Below, piece after piece: positions 40,052 through 45,874 of a stretch of DNA of 45,874 nucleotides. The notes beneath the pieces are model-generated. The model worked only from the letters and a program-made list of their open reading frames with translations, was not told where the DNA came from and did no database searches. The position numbers and the translations under genes are program-made. The stretch comes from SAR324 cluster bacterium. Its GTDB lineage: Bacteria > SAR324 > JACQKK01. Each line of letters opens with the position of its first letter. Position 1 is the stretch's first letter. The stretch spans positions 1 through 45,874 of the forward strand of contig JACZSY010000003.1 in assembly GCA_022573975.1 (NCBI GenBank), given 5' to 3'.

Positions 40052-40747
40052 TCAAGCGGTGGAATTGGGTGGATCGGCCGGTGCGATACAGCCGCTTCCC
40101 TCGTTGCTGGGATTGTTGACGTAGGTGCTCACGGGCACGGCCTCCATCCCCTCCCACTCACGGGAAGCCAGCAGGGAAAGGCGCTCGGGGCTTTCCCTTT
40201 CCTCCAGCTCCAGCCAGAGGGAATATTCATCCGGGAAGAGCAGGACGGGCATCCTGTGATGGATGGCTTTCATGGTGGAATTGGCGGCCGTGGTCAAAAT
40301 GGCGCAGGAGATAATCTCGGAGCCGTCCGCGCCCTGCCATTGTTCCCACAATCCGGCCATGGCAAAGGGAGCGCCATCGCCACGGCGGACATGATAGGGC
40401 TGTTTTCCATTGCCGGTTTTCGCCCATTCATAGAAGCCATCCGCGGGCAGCAGGCAGCGCCGCCTCTTGAAGGCGGAGCGGAAGCTGGGTTTTTCCGGCG
40501 CCGTTTCCGCCCGGGCGTTGATCATGCGGCTCCCCATGGCCGGGTCCTTGGCCCAGGAGGGCACCAGCCCCCATTGCAGGAACACCAATTCGCGTTCTCC
40601 CCTGACATTGCGCGCCTTCACGGCCACCACGGGTTGGCTGGGGGCGATATTGTAGCGGGGAGCCAGGGGCGGCAGGCTATCGAGCCCCAGTGAAAATTGT
40701 TCGGCCAGCGCCTTGGGATCGGAGGAAAGACTGAAGCGGCCGCACAT
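40052..40747 (-). CDS. SOS response-associated peptidase (SRAP/HMCES, YedK-like)
   Basis: N-terminal MCGRF, RYNIAPSQ, INARAET, GFYEW, IHHRMPV. Confidence 0.95.
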   Translation of the reverse strand: MCGRFSLSSDPKALAEQFSLGLDSLPPLAPRYNIAPSQPVVAVKARNVRGERELVFLQWGLVPSWAKDPAMGSRMINARAETAPEKPSFRSAFKRRRCLLPADGFYEWAKTGNGKQPYHVRRGDGAPFAMAGLWEQWQGADGSEIISCAILTTAANSTMKAIHHRMPVLLFPDEYSLWLELEERESPERLSLLASREWEGMEAVPVSTYVNNPSNEGSGCIAPADPPNSTA

Positions 40748-40866
40748 GAGGTGTTCATCTTGTTGAAGTGGAACGGGCAGGGCCCCAGCGTGACGCCCAA
40801 TCCGGGCAACACCGCCGGGCGGCCCTGCCGGAGGAATCCCCCTGCTCGATGTTGTGGAAATAAAGC

Positions 40867-42114
40867 TTAGGGCGCCACGCCGGCGGGTTGGAGGCCATCC
40901 TCCAGTTTCGCATCGTTTTGTGATTCCGGGTCATCGGGGAATGGATCCGATTCGTTCAATTTGGGCTCCGCATCCGTTTTCGCCATCTCCTCCGCATCCA
41001 TCATGGCCTGAAGCTTCAACTTTTCGCCGGGTGGGGCCAGCATTTTTTCCAGCGGGGTCTCGGCGGCCGGGCCGAGCCCCGTGAAGGCCTCGGCCTTCGG
41101 GCGGGGGGGCGGGGGTCCGCCGGAAACTCCTGGGGTAAAAGGCGCGCCCGGGATCGGGGAGATGGGCTTGACCGCCACCCGGGGTTTCACGGCGCCACCC
41201 CCCGCAAGGCGGGAAGAGGCCTTTGCCCTGCTGCGGGAGGCTGCCGGGCGTCTGTTGCTCCGTGCTGGCGCGGTTTTGGGTCTTTTCGAGGCCACCGCCC
41301 GTGTCGTGGGGCCAACCTTCCCCCGCCGTTTGGCGGGCCGGGCCACGGTGCGGGTTGAAACCCGCACAGCCGGCCCGTCCAGCGCCGGTCTGTCCATCCC
41401 CATGGATTTCCTGTTTTGCAGGGAGCGGAACAGAATCACCGGAGCCGGGTGGCTGCCGGCGCCACTGCGCCACCGGTTTCGGACAAAGGAGGGAGCAGGG
41501 CCGCCCAGTTGCCTGATCACGGGGGTCGGGGTGAGCAAGGGCCTCCACACCGATTGTGGGAGTGCGGAAGGTGCGGGGAATCCCCCCCCAATGCGGAAGG
41601 ATTTGGCATTGCCGGCCGCGCGTTCCGTCCCGGCGGCGCTGGCGGCCTCCTTCCGGGGGGCTTCGGAAAGGGGGTCCACCGGCCAGAGCATCACGCCCGC
41701 CACCGTGGCCGCCACCGTGGCCGCCGAGATCGCCGAAGCCAGGGAAGCCATCATCCCCCATCTGCGATTTGGCCGTGATTTTTGCGTCTGGTCCGCTATC
41801 GGGGCCTGTGCCTGCGCCAGGGCCTGTGAGACCTGAGCGGAGGAGTCCCCGGAAGCCAGGTGGCTGGGGATCGGCTCCATGGTTTCGGCTTGGTCCACCG
41901 CATGGGTAAAGGCCTCCCAACTGGGCCCGAATTCCTTTTGCGCCCGCCCTTCACTCTCGATCTGTTTGAAAACGGCCAGGGTTGTGTCCAGCAGCTGTAT
42001 TTCCATCCTGCATTCGCCGCAGCCCTCCATATGCTCTTGCCAGGGCGGGGTCTGCAATTGCGCGGGGGATTCCACCGCCAGACGTTTTAACAGGGACATA
42101 CGATCACAGGGCAT
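40867..42114 (-). CDS. Putative zinc-binding (ZAS) anti-sigma factor with TM helix and long Pro/Arg/Ala-rich tail
   Basis: HMEGCGEC (HxxxCxxC) plus N-terminal Cys; overlaps the sigma gene stop; one hydrophobic segment. Confidence 0.72.
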   Translation of the reverse strand: MPCDRMSLLKRLAVESPAQLQTPPWQEHMEGCGECRMEIQLLDTTLAVFKQIESEGRAQKEFGPSWEAFTHAVDQAETMEPIPSHLASGDSSAQVSQALAQAQAPIADQTQKSRPNRRWGMMASLASAISAATVAATVAGVMLWPVDPLSEAPRKEAASAAGTERAAGNAKSFRIGGGFPAPSALPQSVWRPLLTPTPVIRQLGGPAPSFVRNRWRSGAGSHPAPVILFRSLQNRKSMGMDRPALDGPAVRVSTRTVARPAKRRGKVGPTTRAVASKRPKTAPARSNRRPAASRSRAKASSRLAGGGAVKPRVAVKPISPIPGAPFTPGVSGGPPPPRPKAEAFTGLGPAAETPLEKMLAPPGEKLKLQAMMDAEEMAKTDAEPKLNESDPFPDDPESQNDAKLEDGLQPAGVAP

Positions 42115-42757
42115 GGACGTTCTCCGGCGATTGATGGCCTTCTCCATACAAAATCGGAGCCAGCACCTGTTTCAAACCTTCTCTCGCGTAATACAATCTT
42201 GATTTAACGCTGCCTTGGGGAATTTGCAGGATCACGGAGATTTCATGAACCGATTGATCTTCCAGGTAGTACAACACCAGGATCAGCCGGTGGTGTTCCT
42301 TGAGTTGGGCCAAGGCCCGATGCACCAGCGACTTTTGTTGTCCGTCAATCAAAATTCGTTCCGGATTTTTCCCGTTCTCCATCACCACCAGGGTGGAAGG
42401 AAGCTGAGAATACTCCGCTTCGTTTTCCGGCAAGGGCTGCCACCGTTTTCCCTTGTTTTTATGGCGGATGGCCTCGTTCACCGTGATCCGGTAGATCCAG
42501 GTCTTGAAAGCGGCCTGCCCCCGGAAATTTTCCAGATGGCGGTAGGCCAGCAGAAACACTTCCTGTACGATATCGTCCACGGCGGACTCGTCCTTGACGA
42601 TGGAGCAGGACAGACGCCCTACCATGTCGCGGTACTTTTTAAAGAGCACCTCGAACGCGGTCTGGTCTCCATTGAGGAAGGCCTTGATCAAAATATCGTC
42701 GTCAAGCCCGCTCCAGTCCGCCGTCTTTGCTCCCTGCTCTCCTTTTTTTCGCGACAT
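42104..42757 (-). CDS. ECF sigma-70 factor
   Basis: GDQTAFEVL, DDIVQEVFL, FKTWIYRITVN (region 2); EISVILQIPQGSVKSRLYYAR (region 4). Confidence 0.95.
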   Translation of the reverse strand: MSRKKGEQGAKTADWSGLDDDILIKAFLNGDQTAFEVLFKKYRDMVGRLSCSIVKDESAVDDIVQEVFLLAYRHLENFRGQAAFKTWIYRITVNEAIRHKNKGKRWQPLPENEAEYSQLPSTLVVMENGKNPERILIDGQQKSLVHRALAQLKEHHRLILVLYYLEDQSVHEISVILQIPQGSVKSRLYYAREGLKQVLAPILYGEGHQSPENVHAL

Positions 42758-42947
42758 GATCCGTTTTCCGTCTGGTTCATGAAAATCCAATGCTGCCCCA
42801 GCAGTCTAACACCATCGTAATCCGAACCTTACCTTTTAGAGAAAAAATATGAATTTCCGTTCAAATGGGAAGACGTTATTTTCATGGCTCTCTCCGGTTG
42901 GAATTCGGCCCCAACGGCGTTATCCGGGCGATTGAGATTGAAAAAAT

Positions 42948-42995
42948 GCCCGGCCGGGCCAACCCACCGCCCGCCCGGGCCAACCCACCGCCCGG
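42948..42995. repeat. 21-bp tandem duplication (CCGGGCCAACCCACCGCCCG)
   Basis: Copies at 42954-42973 and 42975-42994. Confidence 0.85.
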
Positions 42996-43031
42996 CCCGC
43001 CGGCGGGAGGATGGTGTTTTAGCGAAGATTT

Positions 43032-44624
43032 TCAGCGCTTTTTTTCAGGAATGCCATAGCGGCCGCGGATTCTGGCATTCACAGCCCGCATCTGGCTGGC
43101 GCGAAAAACCAGGCGCCCCCGCCCCGGTCCGGGCAGCAGTTGGACAATATGGTAACCGTTGACGGGGGAGCGCATCGCTTTCCGGAAATCGGCCAGGGTG
43201 TGGACCGGTTTTCCATTCAATTGTTTTAAAATGGCATTGTTCACGCTCTGATAGCCCAGGTTGGCCGGGTCGGGCAGCACCCGAGTGATGATCACGACCT
43301 TCTCCGGACCGGAACCATTTTTCCTCAGGTTGTTCATCACATATTCGATCACCAGGCGGGAGGGGGCCTTGTCCCTCCATTTGTCCCCCCATACCCGCAG
43401 GTAATTGACGGACAACTCCTGGAGCACCAATCCGCCGAAGACCTCGTAATCGTTGGGACGGTCGAAGCGCGGTGGATGAATCCGGTAGTCCTGGCTGGAA
43501 AAACCCCGGCGCCGCAACCGTAATTTCAACGGCTTCCCATCGCGCCGCACCTCCACGGGAAGATAGGGCTGCAACGACTCGTTCAAGGCCATCGAAAACA
43601 GGATCAACCCATAGTCCGGATGTTCGATTTTTCCCTCCGGGTCGATGGCGTATCCGTTGATCCGATGAAGAATGTCCATGGGGCGCAGTTTTTCCGACCC
43701 GGTGCCCCCGGAGAGCACCCGGCGGATCAACACCCCTCCATCGCTCATTTCGAGGCCGAAATAACTGCGCATATGGACTTGATTGAGCCTTTGCCAGGTA
43801 AACCCCCTGTGGGCGAAGCCCCGATATTCATTGCGGCGGGAAGCCTCCACCAACAACTCCATCAGGGCCCCGTTGATGGCCTGGATGCGCTGTTTGCTGT
43901 GGCTGGTGATGAGACCGACCACTTTTCCCTTCGCGGTCAGCACCTCGGCCCATCCCAGCCCCGCCATGGCGGTGATGCCGCGCATGGTGGGAAATTCCAT
44001 CAGCCCAAAGGGCGAGTTGGAGACCAAAAAATCCACGACTTCTCCCGACCCTTGCTGGAAGCGGCCGTTGGAGCGCCAGCGATTGATGACGAATCGTCCT
44101 GAGCGAATGGGCTTCGAGGCGATGGGCAATGGCCGCAGGCCCCGCCAAAATTCGGGGGCATCCACCTCCAGCAGCGCCAGGTTCAACTCATAGTCCACCA
44201 GCACGGCCCGGGCGATGAAATCGGGATAGCGCCCAAATTTCCGCACCTCCAGCAAGTTGGCGTTGCGCACCAGATCGGCCGTGGTCAATAACCGGTTCCC
44301 TTCCACCACCACCGCGTTGCCCCGGATCACGCGTTCGGCGTTCTTGTTCCAGGGCAAAATCTGGTCGAAGGCCTGGTTGGTGACCCGGATGCTGACCATC
44401 CCGTAAGCCACCGGGTTTTTTTGCCCAGCCCCGGAGCCGGTTTGGGCCAGCACGGCGGCGCCCGGCCAAGCCAGCACAGCGAACCACAGCACTGCCAGCG
44501 CCGCGCCGGTTGGCCGCCAGCCGCCCGGTAGCCAGCCGTTCAGTGGCCGGCCGTTCAGTAGCCGGCCATTCAGTAACCATCGTCCGGGGCCGATCATCTG
44601 GCGCTTCCCAATGCTCTCGATCAT
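43032..44624 (-). CDS. Deg2/Deg9-like trypsin-PDZ protein lacking the catalytic triad (pseudoprotease)
   Basis: Deg-like architecture with LLTTADLV, ELNLALL and AGLGWAE in place of TNAHV, CDLALL and GNSGG. Confidence 0.75.
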   Translation of the reverse strand: MIESIGKRQMIGPGRWLLNGRLLNGRPLNGWLPGGWRPTGAALAVLWFAVLAWPGAAVLAQTGSGAGQKNPVAYGMVSIRVTNQAFDQILPWNKNAERVIRGNAVVVEGNRLLTTADLVRNANLLEVRKFGRYPDFIARAVLVDYELNLALLEVDAPEFWRGLRPLPIASKPIRSGRFVINRWRSNGRFQQGSGEVVDFLVSNSPFGLMEFPTMRGITAMAGLGWAEVLTAKGKVVGLITSHSKQRIQAINGALMELLVEASRRNEYRGFAHRGFTWQRLNQVHMRSYFGLEMSDGGVLIRRVLSGGTGSEKLRPMDILHRINGYAIDPEGKIEHPDYGLILFSMALNESLQPYLPVEVRRDGKPLKLRLRRRGFSSQDYRIHPPRFDRPNDYEVFGGLVLQELSVNYLRVWGDKWRDKAPSRLVIEYVMNNLRKNGSGPEKVVIITRVLPDPANLGYQSVNNAILKQLNGKPVHTLADFRKAMRSPVNGYHIVQLLPGPGRGRLVFRASQMRAVNARIRGRYGIPEKKR

Positions 44625-45874
44625 GGCAGCCTCCAGGCCTGGCGAATTCCATAGCGCTTCAGAATTACCGGGTGCGCCCGCTCGGCCAGTTTGGCGTTGA
44701 GAACGAGTATCCGCTCACCCGGATCGAGTAGAATGCGGTGAAAGCCTTTCCTGGAGGCCTTGAATCCTTTCAGCACATCGCCAAGGCGCTCAATGGGAAC
44801 GCCATTGATGGACGTCACGAAATAATTCACCATTCCGACATATGCGCTGTTGATCGGATGGGGGAGCACCCGCGATATCACGATCCGCTCGATCGATTTG
44901 GCGCTGTTCTCGTAGGAAAAGAAAAATTGCCGGTACAGCAGATGCTTGTCGGCGTGCTCCCAATAATTGCCAAAGGTTTTCAGATATTCCTGATCCAGTT
45001 TCATGAACACCAACCCGGCGTAAACCACATAGGATGGGGAGGTGTCGAACTGGGAGCGCATGCGTTCGGCATCGGGGAGCTTCTGCAACGGAAATTTCAC
45101 CTCGACTGTTTTCCCATCTCGCCAAACGGTCAAGCGGACTTGTTCTCCGATCTGTTTTTCTTCCACCACCTGAATATAGTTGAGGGAATACCCGCGGAAT
45201 TTGATGGTTCCATCGGAAAGCACCGGAATGCCGTCCACGGCCATGATCACGTCGTTGGGAAAAATGAAGGACGCTCCGGAGGCTCCCGGCAAAAGCCTGT
45301 CCACCACCACGCCGGTTTCCGCATCGGGGAGTTGCAGGAAATCCCTGAAAACCGGATTCATCAAATTGCTGGTCAACGCGCCCAAATCTCCATATCCATC
45401 GTAGGTCCCGTCCTTGATATCCGATAAAAAACGGTTGATCACCGGCGCCGGAATGAAATATCCCACATCGTTGAGCCTGGTGTTGGCTTGAAAGGCCACG
45501 CCGATCACCTTGCCTTCCTGGATCACCGGGCCGCCGCTGTTCCCCGGATTGATGGCCGAATCGGTCTGGACGGCCAGGTGGCTGTCCGCTCCGGGATGGA
45601 GATAGGTGATGAATTGAATGCGCGACACGACGCCTTCGGTGCGCGAGATCTTCTCTCCGCCCGCCGGATACCCATAAGTGCGCACCCGGCTGCGCAGGGA
45701 GGGGAGGGGGCCGATCTCAAGCGGCTTCACGCCCTTGGCGAAGGCGTTCGCCCCCGCTATGTCGGTCTCGAGCTGATCGCCGATCAACACCATGTCGCCG
45801 GAGATCACGCCCTTTTTCGCGGTCCGGTCCTCGGTCAGAACCACGAAACGGGGGTCGGGAGAGGTGGAATTCCG
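44621..45874 (-). CDS. Deg2/Deg9-like serine protease with PDZ domains, 5'-truncated at window edge
   Basis: GYPAGGEKISRTEGVVSRI, QTDSAINPGNSGGP, C-terminal YVVYAGLVF; frame open to window end. Confidence 0.88.
   Translation of the reverse strand, partial: RNSTSPDPRFVVLTEDRTAKKGVISGDMVLIGDQLETDIAGANAFAKGVKPLEIGPLPSLRSRVRTYGYPAGGEKISRTEGVVSRIQFITYLHPGADSHLAVQTDSAINPGNSGGPVIQEGKVIGVAFQANTRLNDVGYFIPAPVINRFLSDIKDGTYDGYGDLGALTSNLMNPVFRDFLQLPDAETGVVVDRLLPGASGASFIFPNDVIMAVDGIPVLSDGTIKFRGYSLNYIQVVEEKQIGEQVRLTVWRDGKTVEVKFPLQKLPDAERMRSQFDTSPSYVVYAGLVFMKLDQEYLKTFGNYWEHADKHLLYRQFFFSYENSAKSIERIVISRVLPHPINSAYVGMVNYFVTSINGVPIERLGDVLKGFKASRKGFHRILLDPGERILVLNAKLAERAHPVILKRYGIRQAWRLP

Overview
GC-rich bacterial window, deltaproteobacteria-like (possibly SAR324-related; this is inferred from the ribosomal proteins, not tested). 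The core (15.8-35.9 kb) is the str-S10-spc-alpha ribosomal superoperon from rpsL to rplQ. rplC (uL3) is missing from its usual place, rpoBC is not upstream, map is absent, and several spacers are filled with short tandem-repeat arrays. The left flank holds an acyltransferase, AhpD-like protein, YchF, nitronate monooxygenase, MFS transporter, YjgN and RidA, then an mlaA-mlaC-MMPL lipid-trafficking operon, an O-antigen-ligase-like protein and a small MITE-like repeat. The right flank holds an HD phosphohydrolase and two probable selenoprotein genes that the ORF track breaks at in-frame UGA codons (an Rdx/SelW-type CxxU protein and an OsmC-like protein, each followed by a SECIS-like hairpin). It continues with a PPOX-fold protein, SRAP/YedK, an ECF sigma with a ZAS anti-sigma, and a Deg-type protease coupled to a paralog lacking the catalytic triad. 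The last ~130 bp look chimeric. All calls come from reading motifs by eye; no database searches were run.
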